A stretch of 63,853 nt of DNA, filler included, from Folioceros fuciformis (lineage: Eukaryota), in assembly GCA_049999805.1 (NCBI GenBank). It is 24 parts of 24 records of this genome, joined end to end, with 100 filler letters (N's around TTAATTAATTAA, not from the genome) between each part and the next. Parts side by side here need not be neighbours in the genome. Positions count along the whole stretch, not along the records: positions 51,439 to 53,201 come from JBNGIO010007015.1; positions 53,302 to 55,797 come from JBNGIO010007016.1; positions 55,898 to 57,789 come from JBNGIO010007017.1; positions 57,890 to 59,569 come from JBNGIO010007018.1; positions 59,670 to 61,046 come from JBNGIO010007019.1; positions 61,147 to 62,392 come from JBNGIO010007020.1; positions 62,493 to 63,853 come from JBNGIO010007021.1; 17 more parts are not named here. The stretch is one strand, 5' to 3'. Below, in pieces: positions 51,339 through 63,425 of this stretch; the stretch's first letter is position 1, and every line of letters starts with the position of its first letter. The position numbers and the translations under genes were made by a program. The notes beneath the pieces are model-generated. The model worked only from the letters and a program-made list of their open reading frames with translations. It was not told where the DNA came from and searched no databases.

Positions 51339-51683
51339 NNNNNNNNNNNNNNNNNNNNNNNNNNNNNNNNNNNNNNNNNNNNTTAATTAATTAANNNNNN
51401 NNNNNNNNNNNNNNNNNNNNNNNNNNNNNNNNNNNNNNGGAGTATCTATACATTATTGTTAATTCTACATATGCAGTGAGACTTTTTCTCATGAAGGGCT
51501 TGAAAACACCTACAAACACAAAATAGAAAGATTTTTAAAGCACAATTCTCTTTTAGGAGAGTGATTATTGAGAATGCCTTCTATTTACTAAAGAATAGGT
51601 GGAGAATCCTTTATAACCTTGACCTTGTATGTCTAGTATGTCCAATATGTTGCAAAGATGGTAGCTACTTGTTTTAGTCATAT

Positions 51684-51770
51684 TGTAGTCTTCAACTTAT
51701 TGTTGTTGTAGTCTTTAACTTACTGTTGTTGTAGTCTTTAACTTACTATTGTTGGAGTCTTTAACTTATT
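51684..51770. repeat. 23-bp tandem repeat x4
   Basis: tgtagtctttaacttactgttgt-like units. Confidence 0.85.
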
Positions 51771-53301
51771 GATGTGCTTAGCACAACCAAGCCTACCTAA
51801 GGAAAGCATTCTTCACCTCTTTTGCTTGCCTTCCTCTTACCTCCTCACCAATACCCAACACCACCAAGTAGATTACACTCTTGTAACCTAGCAACTACTT
51901 CTATTTGTGTATGATTATTTGTTCTTAGGGACTTTCACTTCTTTACCCTCCTTATCACCGTTCTTATGCCTAAACTTTCATCTATCATTGGCCTCCTCTT
52001 TACATCACTCATACAACTACTCCATTGCACCTTATAACAACTCCTACAAAACAAGTGATAGAAAGTGATGTGATGTGTACAAGGAACTTGAAGTTTGCAT
52101 GGGTTGTGTTTGAAAAGGTTTGCTTGGTCTTTATTGTTATATGCTTACAAAGCTAGGCATGATGAAGTGCTAATAGCCATTAACAATACTTGTCCTCTAG
52201 AGAAAGAAGAGATGAGATCTCATACCCTCGATGAAGGGCAACTATTCATATTAAAGGAGGCTGCGCAATAGATCCACATCCTTGTGGGGACCCTTTTTTT
52301 AATGTTTGCAAGGTAGATGCCCTATGTATTGAATAACTTTGTATTCTTGCAAAGGTTAATGACAAAGAAGAACGTGTTGTATAAATTGAACCAATTGCTT
52401 AGTTTTTTTTCTCTTAGATCATGATATCTTAGGTGTCATTGATAGACTTATACATGGAGCTAGTCCTCTCGTGTTCAATTGTCTTTGTGGTTTTCTTCTT
52501 CTTTCTCGAGGTAGATGGTTTTTGCATCTTGCTTTTCAATAAAATCTTTTTATCCTTAATACATATTGCTTGGAATATTTATCAATCAATAAATTATTTT
52601 ATTAATTAAATAAAAAAAATCTAAATAACCATTTAAGTGAATTATTAATAAGAATTTAAATAATTAATATATACATATAAAACTATTATTTATAAAATAT
52701 TTTAACATTACTTAAGAAACTCATTAGTTCGTTTTGAAACCATTGACAACTTTATTTACATAGCAAAGTAGGCTGTAATGAAGAAGACATACGAGGTTGT
52801 AGTAAAGTGAAGGGGTATTCATGCATGTCCAGTAAGAGCCAATTTTATATTACACACAATCACTACAACTATTTTTTTAAAATAATCTAGAAAATATTAA
52901 ATAATATTTGATGATTAAAAGAGTATTGGTAAGCTTCATGATGGTTAAATGCTACTAATCCATGATGAGGTTAAAAATCTGGTTATGTATTTTATTGAAA
53001 AAGAAATGGGAGATTGGAAAGTAACCTGAAGACTACCAAAAGCCAAGGGGACTAGCCCTTTGACATAGCGTTCCCCGAACTACCTATTATTCTCATAATA
53101 TACCTACTATTCCTGTATTATTGCATGTACAAAATGACAAAGCCAAAGACTACTACTATTTCTCCCATAATATACTTACTACCATTCCCGTGATATGGCA
53201 CNNNNNNNNNNNNNNNNNNNNNNNNNNNNNNNNNNNNNNNNNNNNTTAATTAATTAANNNNNNNNNNNNNNNNNNNNNNNNNNNNNNNNNNNNNNNNNNN
53301 N

Positions 53302-55797
53302 GTGCTTGTTCAAGTTTAAACTTCAGCAATAATTCTTGCACATACTGAGATTGGTGGATTATCAGCAGTCATTCTGTCCTGACACGTAACAGCTGAATTC
53401 CCAAACAGACCTTTAGCTCTCCTATATCTTTCATATCGAATTTGCTGCTTAACATGTCTTTAACTTCTACTAACAAGGGTTGATTGTTTGTGGCTAGGAT
53501 CAAATCATCAACATATATGGCGAGTATCAAAAAGTGCTGTCCACGTGTCAACTTATATAATGTGCCATCAGCTGTACTTTGTATAAAGGAATTTTTCAGT
53601 AAGTATTCATGTATGGTCAAGTACCAAACTCGACCACTTTGCTTTAAACCATAAATGGTTTTCAGTAACTTAAGAACCTTATCTGAATGTTTCTTATCTT
53701 CATATCCTTCAGGTTGGACCATGTACAAGTCCTCATCCAGCGAGCCATACAGGTATGCTGTGCACACATCTATTTGATGAAGATCGAGGTCTAATTAAGC
53801 GGCTAAGGCTAGGATCATTCGGATGGACTGCGACCAGACTACTGGAGAAAAAGTCTCTTGGTAATCCAGACCTTCAACCTGGGTAAATCCCCTTGCCACC
53901 AACCTTGCTTTGTATCTAGCAATTTCACCTTTTGCATTTAACTTCAACTTGAATACCCATTTGCAGGAGATTGGCTTTCTGCCTTTAGGAAGGTCTACCA
54001 ATTTCCAGGTACCATTCTTTATAAGGGAGTTGTATTCGTCATTAACAACAGCCTTCCATTTGTCTTTATCAGCACCAGATAAAGCCTTTGTAAGTGTTTT
54101 AGGTTCTAAATGGATTGTGCTAGATGCCGAATGACAAGCATCTGTATATGAGGTTCTAAAATCTATAGACTCATATCTAGGTTCCTTCCACTGGTCAGGA
54201 GGAGGTCTGGCTCTAGTAGAGCGACGAGGTGGAGGGTCAGTTGATGGGGCTGGTTGTACAGGCTGAGGATCAGGTTGGGGTTGCTGTCCAGGTAATGGGA
54301 ATGGTAAGGCTCCCTCTTCAGCTGGAATGGGAGGTAAGAATTCCTCCTTGAAACTGTTGAGCATCAATGGGTGGGGAAGGTTTAGCTATCTCAAAGTGTT
54401 CATTGTTGTCGTGTTCTACATGAACATCTTGTACAGGTATATTAGTATGAACTTCCGTATCAACTTCCTCAGAAATCTCATCAGCTGTATCAGCTGAAGA
54501 AACAAATTCGGAGAGATCAGTAGGTTCAGTAGCGGAAGGTGAGTCAGTTGACAGCTGATTATGATCTCGTAATTGTGGCTGATGAATTTCTAAGAAGGTG
54601 ACAGAACGAGCTAACACCACATTTCTGCTGGCAGGGTCATAAAGCTTATAAGCCTTTGATTGTTCGCTATAGCCCACAAAGATAAGGGCTTGGGCTCGAG
54701 GATCCAGCTTGCGTCGTTTCTCCCCCGGAACGAGAGCAAAAGCCTTAGAGCCAAAAACTCTGAGATGGAGAAGGCTGGGTTTTTTATGCCACATCACTTC
54801 TTAGGGAGTCCGAGCTGTTACTGAGTGGGTGAACACACGGTTCAGGACATAAGTGGCAGTAACTATCGCTTCTGCCCAAAAATGTTGAGTTAGTCCTGCC
54901 CATAATAACATGCTCCGTGTCATTGCAAGAAAAGTCTGATTCTTTCTTTCAGCTACTCCATTTTGCTGTGGAGTGTATGGGACAGTGAGTTGACGTTGAA
55001 TGCCTCTATCCCGTAGGTATGAATCGAAGACATGATTGACAAATTCCCCACCATTGTCTGTACGAAGACATTCAAGCTGTTTTCCTGTTTGTCTCTCGAC
55101 TAGCTGTAGCCATTCAGTAAAGATGTCGAATGTATCGCTTTTTAAGTGAATGGGGTATGTCCAAGTATAGCGGGAGTAATCATCCGTCAGGCAAAGGTAA
55201 TAAATTGCTCCCCCTAATGAGGCAACTTGAATTTTTCCAAAAATATCAGCATGTACTAATTCCAAAATATCTGAAGCTCTGTACGCAGCGGCTGCTGGAA
55301 AAGGATGCTCTTTCTGCTTAGCAATAATACAGGCTTCACACGGAGGAAGCTCCTTGAAGACTTGAGGTAATTGTTGTTCATGGCAATCTTGTAATGACAT
55401 ATCTAGCAGCTTCCTTTTATTTACATGACCTAGTCTTGCATGCCAAAGGACAGCAAGCTATTCAGATTGTTTCGAAACTGCAGCAATGTTTTGCTGGATA
55501 GCATAAATGTCTAATTTGTATAAACCATACTCCAATGTACCTTGAAAAACTACATATGTGGGTTTGGCTAACAGGTAGAATGAGTAGACATTGTCCAGGG
55601 CTTTCATTTCATAGTTTCCTAGCTGCATCAACTTGCTCAAGGAAAATAGGTTTTTCGCCATCGATGGGACATACAAAACATCAGTAAGAGTAAGTATTGA
55701 ACCATCGTGTAATGTGAATTTACAAATGCCTGTCCCCTGAATAGGTAAACTAGTCCGTGCTGTCTCATCGCCCAACAAAACATGTTCTGTATTGGTG
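53302..55797 (-). mobile_element. Ty1/copia pol (post-protease region, GAG-pre-integrase, integrase, RT), pseudogenised
   Basis: LTDVLYVP, LWHARLGH, CEAC, LVHAD, TDDYSR, RTDNGGEF, PQQNGVAERKN, LRVFGS, CKWVFKLK, RYKARLVARGFTQ, YGLKQS, IYVDDLI. Stops at 55458, 54801, 53795 and 53369, and a frameshift near 54320-54370. Confidence 0.96.
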
Positions 55798-56486
55798 NNN
55801 NNNNNNNNNNNNNNNNNNNNNNNNNNNNNNNNNNNNNNNNNTTAATTAATTAANNNNNNNNNNNNNNNNNNNNNNNNNNNNNNNNNNNNNNNNNNNNGCC
55901 CATTTACTTCGGGCCGTCACCTCCTGCTCCTTGACAATTACACCGACTAGTCCGCGCCAGCCCAGCCCAGTGCAACTTGTTCGATGCATCTCACTATGAA
56001 TAGGGTCTGAGGGGGGCAGTAGGTACTGTCAGCAATCTACAGGCTCCTCTTATACCTTGTTTGTACCTAATCTTATCTGATGAGAATCTTTGCAAGAAAA
56101 TACTTACATACTAAAAGGGTCCCATTGTGCAGGGCTGTGTGGCTAGCTACCTCTTCTAGAATCCACTACCTCTGATGTTCGCTCATAGCTGCCAATCACG
56201 CAACAGACTTCTCCCTTCGGAATCTGCCATAAACTCTTTTCAAACGCTGACGGCACCTACCTGGCCCCTCCTACTGACCCAAGGATCTTTGTAAGACTTG
56301 CGACATAATGGCAACGCTCTCGAGACACACCTCGAAAAACTTCCGAATGATTCAGGATGGGAAGGATGATTAGTTCCGTGGCATGGTCACTCCCATACAT
56401 CACAGAGCAGGCAAAACTTTACAGGGACAACAGTCTCCTACAAATGAAACAAACTCGAAGCTGGACCTTATCAGCTCGCAGAATTT

Positions 56487-57789
56487 TTATGGGTTTTGCA
56501 CCATGAAGTCTGAAGGGAGACGCGTGCTCCCCGTAATCATCCTCCCATCGGGGTGCTTCGCACCCGTGGGCACTACGCAGCCTGGACCTTTTCCAGTTGG
56601 ACTTCTCCCAATAGTACGAGGTGCCACTGCTACCATGCTGGGCAGTGCAACAGAAGTCTTTGTGACAAACATATCACACGGACTTGACTTGGTGTCAGCT
56701 TGAGTTGACGTACCCAAGTCAAGTTTACTGAATTGTTGCTGCTGCAATTCATAAGGAGGAGCGGAGACTTGGAGAAGAAGTTGTTGCTGCTGTTGCAGAG
56801 CTCTCAGTCTTTGAGCTTCCTTCCGCAACGACTCATAGTGGGCTGCAGATAGAGAATGCATTCGACAAAATAATAAAAAACCCAAGGCCCTTCAGGTCGG
56901 GCAGGGAGCCGTGGCGACCAAGCATGAAATTTCGCATGCAGCTGCACCAAAGCACCCAACTCACCATCTTTAAATCGTTTGTCCTGAGCAAGTGCTGCGA
57001 TCTGTTGCTTCAAGGCATTGTTGTCCATGTTCAGAACCACTCTCTGGTGGTCCAGATACGCCACTTGAGGTGAGAGGGTTGCTACTTCAGCCTGCCACAA
57101 GGCAACAGCACTTGAAGTTTGAGACGTGCTTCAGTAGCTACAAATGACCAACAACCCAGCATCCGGCAAACAGGAGGATTTTAGTCTGCAAAGATACCTG
57201 CAAGGCACTCACACTCCTCTCAAGCTCAGAAATGTACTGTAGCTTTCGCACGCGAGAACGCTGAGCAGATTGCCTATTAGCCAAAATGCTGAAACAACAT
57301 GACAATTCTACTCCCTCATCAGATACTACACAGCTTACTCTGTCTATTACACGAGCACACGCAGCTTACGGAAAGTTGATGGTTACCGCTTAGCCCGTTT
57401 TGGATCCAGGGAGGAATCGACAGGAAACGATCCAGACGTTGAATCTCCCATAGGCTGCTCAGATCCTTCATCCCCCTCATCTATGCTTTGAACCTCCTGC
57501 TCGCTGATAACTCTTCCTAATCCTCCTGTTCTGGCGTCCTCATTGGACACTTCGCTGTAGCTGTTACTGTCCGAAGGTGTAGAAGGGTTCTCGGAAGTTG
57601 AGGCAGGCGTCCTGCGCTCTGACGTCCAACTGTCAGCGGCCGAACTTGATACTCCATTGTTAGCGGACAGCAGGCGCTGCTGACTCTCGGCAGGCTGGCT
57701 GGGAGGCTTCTGAAACGGCTCAATGTCCGAGAACATGGACATGAGCTGCTCCTCATCTAGCTTATCAAAGTCACAAGAAGCCCCCGCCC
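56487..57789 (-). CDS. Group-E-like bZIP transcription factor (bZIP34/61-like), 5'-truncated (exons >57789-57387, 57198-57288, 56965-57091, 56487-56842)
   Basis: FDKLDEEQLMSMFSD; DPKRAKR|ILANRQSAQRSRVRKLQYISELERSVSALQ|AEVATLSPQVAYLDHQR...QDKRFKD|AHYESLRKEAQRLR. Confidence 0.93.
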
Positions 57790-58299
57790 NNNNNNNNNNN
57801 NNNNNNNNNNNNNNNNNNNNNNNNNNNNNNNNNTTAATTAATTAANNNNNNNNNNNNNNNNNNNNNNNNNNNNNNNNNNNNNNNNNNNNGTGGGACTTGT
57901 CACCTAAATATCTTGCACTATAAGCTTTAAGCTACTTGCAATATTAAATAATCTAGGTTGGCCACCTAAAACTAATGGCAACCCATATTAGGTAATGTAT
58001 GCAAGCCACTTGAACCTAATGGCAAGCTCTTATAGGTAGTATGCCTAGACTACTTGTACGAGTGGCTGTAAGCTATTTGTGGTAGTATATCAAGGCTACT
58101 TGTGGTATTGTGTACAAAGCACTTGAAACTATTGGCAATCGCTTCTAGGATTGCATGTTACCACTTCAACCCAATGGCAAGCTATCACGGTATGTTGAGG
58201 TACGTATACTTGTGGTATTATCTATGAGTCACTTCAAACTAGTGGCAACCCCTTATAGGTAATGCTTGTTACCACTTCAACCTAGTAGCAAGCTCACAT

Positions 58300-58600
58300 T
58301 GTCAAGGTGATAGGGCAGTGGTGATGGAGAATAGGGCGGTGGTGATGGAGTGTAGGGTGGTGTGTGGTGGTGGTGCGTAGGGGCAGTGGTGATGGAGCTT
58401 AGAGTGGTGGTGATGGTGCGTAAGGCAATGGTGAGCATAAGGCGGTGGCAATGGTGCATAGGACCATGGTGAGCATAAGGCAGTGGTGATGGTGCATAGG
58501 GCGATGATGATGGTGCGTACGGTGATGATGAGCGTAGGGCAATGGTGATGGAGAGTAGGGCGATGGTGATGAACGTGGAGCGTAGGGTGGTGGTATGGCA
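58300..58600. repeat. Degenerate ~21-bp G/T-rich minisatellite
   Basis: ggtgatggtgcgtagggca-like units. Confidence 0.75.
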
Positions 58601-58765
58601 TAAGTGTGTGTACAACTTTGCTATACCATTATGTGGCTATGGGCCTAGGGTTTCTAAGAGGTGCTCTTTGGGAGAAGAGTTTGGATGATGCAAAGTGATG
58701 GAGGGCAAGGCCATGTTCATTAAGGCTTGGGTGTGTGTTTGTGTCCATGAAGGCGGTGAAGTAGG

Positions 58766-59025
58766 CTCACTATACATACATAATTAAGTTGAACTATTCA
58801 GCATTGGTATATACATAGGTAATTACAAGTACACATCACCCATACATATATATGTTAGCAATGGAGTAAGCTCACTGTACATACATAATTAGGTACAAGC
58901 ACTCAGCATTGGTATATACATAGGTTATTACAAGTACACATCACCCATACATACATATGTTAGCAATGGAGTAAGCTCACTGTACATACATAATTAGGTA
59001 CAAGCACTCAGCATTGGTACATACA
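58766..59025. repeat. 105-bp tandem repeat x2.5
   Basis: Units start ctcact.tacatacataatta at 58766, 58871 and 58976. Confidence 0.9.
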
Positions 59026-59030
59026 TACAT

Positions 59031-59569
59031 GTTTGCTCCTTCTATGGCTCGTTGTCCAAGCTTTACTACCAACACAGCCCGATTATTGAGGGAGTCCCAG
59101 TTTTTGATTCAGCAATAGGCACAAGGCAAGGGGATCCGCTGGGGGGTGCTCTCTTTGCAATGGCGTTTTTTCGTGCGTTGTCCTCTACTGCCTTAGCATT
59201 TCGGGAATGTCTTTTCCCTTCCGTGGCTGATGACACTCATATTCTTAGGCAAAGAGTCACAGTCAAAGCTGCATTTGATTTCTTCTCATCAGAGCTGTCC
59301 AAGGTGGGGTTGCGGGTCAAGCTATCTAAATGCAGGGTTTGGTCCCCTTCAAGCATCACTCCCCCCCTTCAATATTTGGGGGGGGATATCACCCCCTTGC
59401 AGGGACTTCGAGTCTTGGGTGTGCTTGTGGGACCTCCTGATTTTGTTCATAGGTTTGTGGATAAAGCATTGGATGAAGGTCTGGCTCATATCATGAACCT
59501 CTCAAAAATCGGTGATTCTCAGATTGCGTTTGGTATCCTTTCTTCTTGTTTTGCACGGTGACCAGGTTA
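59031..59569 (+). mobile_element. CRE-like non-LTR retrotransposon RT fragment
   Basis: VCSFYGSLSKLYY, GTRQGDPLGGALFAM, FPSVADDTHIL, GLRVKLSKCRVWSP, GLRVLGVLVG. This pattern is CRE-type rather than plant L1 (QGDPLSPYLF/FADD). Confidence 0.75.
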
Positions 59570-59669
59570 NNNNNNNNNNNNNNNNNNNNNNNNNNNNNNN
59601 NNNNNNNNNNNNNTTAATTAATTAANNNNNNNNNNNNNNNNNNNNNNNNNNNNNNNNNNNNNNNNNNNN

Positions 59670-61046
59670 TTCTCATACACCTCCAGCACCCTGTAAGGTC
59701 CCATCCATCTCAAGTGCAGCTTACCTGGAAAGTGCATGTACCTATTGTCATATAACAAGGCTAAATCTCCAGGTACAACATACTCTTGTTTACGCAACTT
59801 ATGGTCGTGCCACTTCTTCCTCCTCTCCTAAACATCGAAGGAAACAGCCAAGGCCCGTTCCCTATCCTCATCATGTTGCACAAAACTGGTTAGCCTCTCC
59901 AGTTGGCTCTCCTCCACGGTCAATCGATTGCTCTCCTGCACCCTCAAGGTAGGTACCTCAAATTCGATGGCCATGACCGGTGAGTGTTCATAGGTGAGGT
60001 AATAAGGGGTCTACTGGGTAGTAACCTTCTCAGCAGTCCTGTACGCCCACAAGGCTGAATGGAGTTTCCTATCCCAGTCATGAGCATAGGTGACGGTGAG
60101 TTTGCTGAGGATCTTGCACAACAGCCCGTTAGCCTTCTCCGTGAGCCCATTGGCCTTAGGGTTGTAGGGAGTGGTCTTCCTATGACTGATATTGAAATAT
60201 TCAGTCATGTGCTTAACTACTTCATTGATGAAGTGAGTCCCCCTATCACTCACCAGCTCCAACGGGCACCCATACCTCGTGATGATCTGCTCAAACAAAA
60301 ATCTGGCCACCACATTTGCTGTGTCCACAGGCAAAGCTTGAGCCTCCACCATGCGTGTGCAGTAGTCGGTTGCCAATCCGTATTGGTTCTGCCTTCCCTT
60401 GGACTTGGGCTGAATTGGTCCTACAAAATCAATCCCCCACTTCTCAAATGGTACTAGGGCTAGGATGGGGACCAATGGCCATTGTGTGGTCCTGGTAGGC
60501 TTCCCCACCCTTTGGCACGCATCACACCTCTTGATGAATTCTCCAGCCTCAGCATACATTGCCGGCCACCAATACCCTGCTGCCAGAATTTTCTTGCAGG
60601 TCACATGGGCTGCATAATGACCCCCAGCCTCTCCCTCATGTAAGGAGCTGATAACTTGCTCCACTTGGCCAGGTTTGACCCACAACCTCTCCACGCCATC
60701 AGCCCCTGTGCGATACAGCCTGCCCTTGTACTTAACCACCAGCCTTGTGAAGTACAAGAACAGCCGCTGCTGCTGCCGTGAGAGATCAGCTGGAAATTCC
60801 CCCGTGTCTAAAAAATCGGACACCTCTTGGTAGGAAGGCTTACAAAACCCCCTTCTCCCCTTCTCATTTGGTGCTGCATCTTCACCTCTTGGTGGCCTAG
60901 TATTTGGTTAGGCCACCTCCTTCTCCACTAGGTCTGCTGAAAATGCCTCATCCGGAAAATCATCTTCTTGGTCCTGAACCACCTTCTCTGTTTTCAGCTT
61001 GGACAGAAAATCAGCATTCACATGCCTGCGCCCTTCCCTTGTTTCC
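59670..61046 (-). mobile_element. Ty3/gypsy RNase H end and integrase (non-chromovirus, Athila-like), degraded
   Basis: HVNADFLSKL; LHEGEAGGHY...GYWWP...CDACQR; FEKWGIDFVGP; SDRGTHF; YNPKANGLTE; GDLALLYDNR...PGKLHLRWMGPY. Confidence 0.92.
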
Positions 61047-61146
61047 NNNNNNNNNNNNNNNNNNNNNNNNNNNNNNNNNNNNNNNNNNNNTTAATTAATT
61101 AANNNNNNNNNNNNNNNNNNNNNNNNNNNNNNNNNNNNNNNNNNNN

Positions 61147-61238
61147 ACACTTTGCACCATGGAGCCCCTGGAAAGACAAGCTCCCAAGGTAAGTAGCAGG
61201 CCAAAGAGGAAGAGGGTTCTCATGCCTGTGCTCGCCAT
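61147..61238 (-). CDS. Possible 5' end of a secreted protein gene (signal peptide only)
   Basis: MASTGMRTLFLFGLLLTLGACLSRGSMVQS running off the contig edge. Confidence 0.35.
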
Positions 61239-61642
61239 GCTTTCTCGAATTGAGTATAATATCAACACTACAAAACAAGATGAAACAAATTCAATGTATG
61301 AGACTAGTGGCATTGATGTAATACAAAGAGAGAATGCATGCGCAAGCTCCTAACTACCTCCATGCTACCTGAAAATAGAAAAGGCAACACCAAAACAAAT
61401 TTAAGGCACACTCACAACCTTACATACAAGATTCAAGTCTTGGAGATGACTTCAGACAAAGACAACTCTGTAGCATGTTACATTTGGTAGCAACTACCTA
61501 CACATATATAGACTTGTGCCTTGAATTTTTCTCGATCAGGTATACCAAGTTTCGATGTCTTCATATTGTATGTTGACCGAAATCGAATACCTCACTCGGG
61601 ATACAACATCACGTGCATTTCATCTCATGTTGATTAAATGTA

Positions 61643-61942
61643 AAGCTGCTTCACTCAAGCCAAATAACTTTCTAATTTCTTCGATCAAAGAAGCTACTTC
61701 ACCTCAAGCCAAATGACTTTCTCCTTTCTTCGATTAAAGAAGCTACTTCACTTCAAGCCAAATGACTTTCTCCTTTCTTCGATCGAAGAGATGGCAGTAT
61801 GTGAGATTAGTCAAAAATCGAGGAGGGCGACATGGTTACCGATTGCAAACCATGATTTATGCCTGGTGTTGTGTGTGTGGAGCAGGGCGACATGGTTACT
61901 GATTGCAAACCATGATTTATGCCTGGTGTTGTGTGTGTGGAG
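61643..61942. repeat. ~49-bp tandem x3 (61643-61788) and 60-bp tandem x2 (61824-61942)
   Basis: aagctacttcac.tcaagccaaatgactttctcctttcttcgat; agggcgacatggttac.gattgcaaaccatgatttatgcctggtgttgtgtgtgtggag. Confidence 0.88.
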
Positions 61943-62493
61943 TACGTTTGGATACAATTGTGTGGATCGACAGCACGTTGTGCTCTGATATGTTGTAGTT
62001 CTCGGGGTCACTGACCGGGGTAAGTCCCCGCAAAACCCAAAGGCTAGCTAGCGCTTCGTGTCCGTCACAGTTCCATGTGAAATAAATAATCAACCATGTC
62101 AAAAAAACATCTATGATTTAAAAAGTCCAAAACCTCCTTCACACCCTTCCGCTGCTTTGCTTCAATGGCTCGCGGTGGACCACCATTGCTGGTTTGTTCC
62201 AGCTCTTTTTGGTCCATGGGTTTATCTAGAACATGCTTACTAAGGGTACCGGTGCTTTGATTTTCCTGCTTTGCTACCTTCCTAAGGTTTTTCAATTAGC
62301 ACCTCGTCCTTAATTGGTTTAGGCTATGCTTCTCATTTTAGTACGAAGGTTGCAACCCACGTTATTCAAACAAGGAGTTTGGATGAACATGGNNNNNNNN
62401 NNNNNNNNNNNNNNNNNNNNNNNNNNNNNNNNNNNNTTAATTAATTAANNNNNNNNNNNNNNNNNNNNNNNNNNNNNNNNNNNNNNNNNNNNG

Positions 62494-62712
62494 GTCGTGT
62501 CCTCTGAACCCGGCCTCGACCCTTTCGTGCCGCGTGTCACGCTGACCTTCCCGGCGATCGCCTCCAGCCGCGCCGTAGCCTTCCTGGCGGCGGGCGCGGA
62601 CAAGAAGCCCATACTCGACAAGGTCTTCGCGGGCGCCGACCTGCCCTCCGCCCATGTCACGGCGGCAGGCCCGATTCATTGGTTTCTCGACAAGGCCGCA
62701 TCGGGTTCGTGA
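62494..62712 (+). CDS. pgl: 6-phosphogluconolactonase, C-terminal fragment (bacterial)
   Basis: PFVPRVTLTFPAIASSRAVAFLAAGADKKPILDKV...DLPSAHV...IHWFLDKAA; high GC3. Confidence 0.85.
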   Translation, partial: VVSSEPGLDPFVPRVTLTFPAIASSRAVAFLAAGADKKPILDKVFAGADLPSAHVTAAGPIHWFLDKAASGS

Positions 62713-62796
62713 ATATCGCCTGATCACACATCCGTGATCAGGCAGGCGCGATCCAGGCGCCCAGCTTGCGCGTAAGATGGCGGAGGAGATCTCGCC

Positions 62797-63249
62797 ATGT
62801 TACGCGCATGTGTCGCCGCATTTCTCATGCTTGCTTCAGTGCCGGGCCATGCCATGCCCACGCAGACCAGCGTTGCGGGCGTGGGGACATCTGCACGCCT
62901 TGTCGGCGACGACGAAGGCGCAGTCCAGGCCATCATAGCCGATCAGATCCAGGCTTTCCGTAGAGACGACGGCGAGACGGCCTATTCCTTCGCCGCCCCG
63001 AGCCTCAAACTCGACTTCCCCTCGCCCGATGCCTTCATGGCCATGGTGCGCAACGGCTATCAGCCGATCTATCGGGCCCGAAGCTTCAGTTTCGGCGAAC
63101 TCAGGCAGTTGGAAGGGAAGTTGGTGCAATCGGTTGCCATAGTCGGGCCTGACGGTGATAGCTGGCGCGCCATATATACGCTCACACGCCAGGATGACGG
63201 CAGCCTGAAAATCACAAGCTGCTATCTGGTGAAGGATGTCAGCGCCTGA
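62797..63249 (+). CDS. DUF4864-like exported protein (alphaproteobacterial)
   Basis: RBS ggaggag upstream; signal peptide; IADQIQAFRRDDGETAYSFAAP...F...FMAMVRNGYQPIYR...WRAIYTL..Q.DGSLKITSC. Confidence 0.8.
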   Translation: MLRACVAAFLMLASVPGHAMPTQTSVAGVGTSARLVGDDEGAVQAIIADQIQAFRRDDGETAYSFAAPSLKLDFPSPDAFMAMVRNGYQPIYRARSFSFGELRQLEGKLVQSVAIVGPDGDSWRAIYTLTRQDDGSLKITSCYLVKDVSA

Positions 63250-63354
63250 GGCTGATCTGCTCCACCGTACGGGCACCTTCGGAATCCCTGCAGCAAAATG
63301 CCTTCAGGCAGAGCCGCCAGGCCCGCCTAACATGCAGAAATCATGGGAATTTTG

Positions 63355-63393
63355 CTATTCATGGCGATTTCGCCTAAAGGCGAAATGCTCTAG
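63355..63393. repeat. Alphaproteobacterial intergenic palindromic repeat half (ATGCTCTAG end)
   Basis: Hairpin atttcgcct-aa-aggcgaaat followed by gctctag. Confidence 0.55.
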
Positions 63394-63425
63394 ATGGGAG
63401 TGAGAAGCAATAAGGCTCCCGCACC

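Noticed and set aside
58277..58615. Extensin-like or His-rich ORFs
   Set aside because: Translation of a degenerate minisatellite in several frames, with no signal peptide or gene structure.
6474..62492. Regularly recurring TTAATTAATTAA flanked by N runs, and ORFs ending in X...LIN
   Set aside because: Artificial concatenation linkers. ORFs crossing them, and any gene neighbourhood across them, are artefacts.
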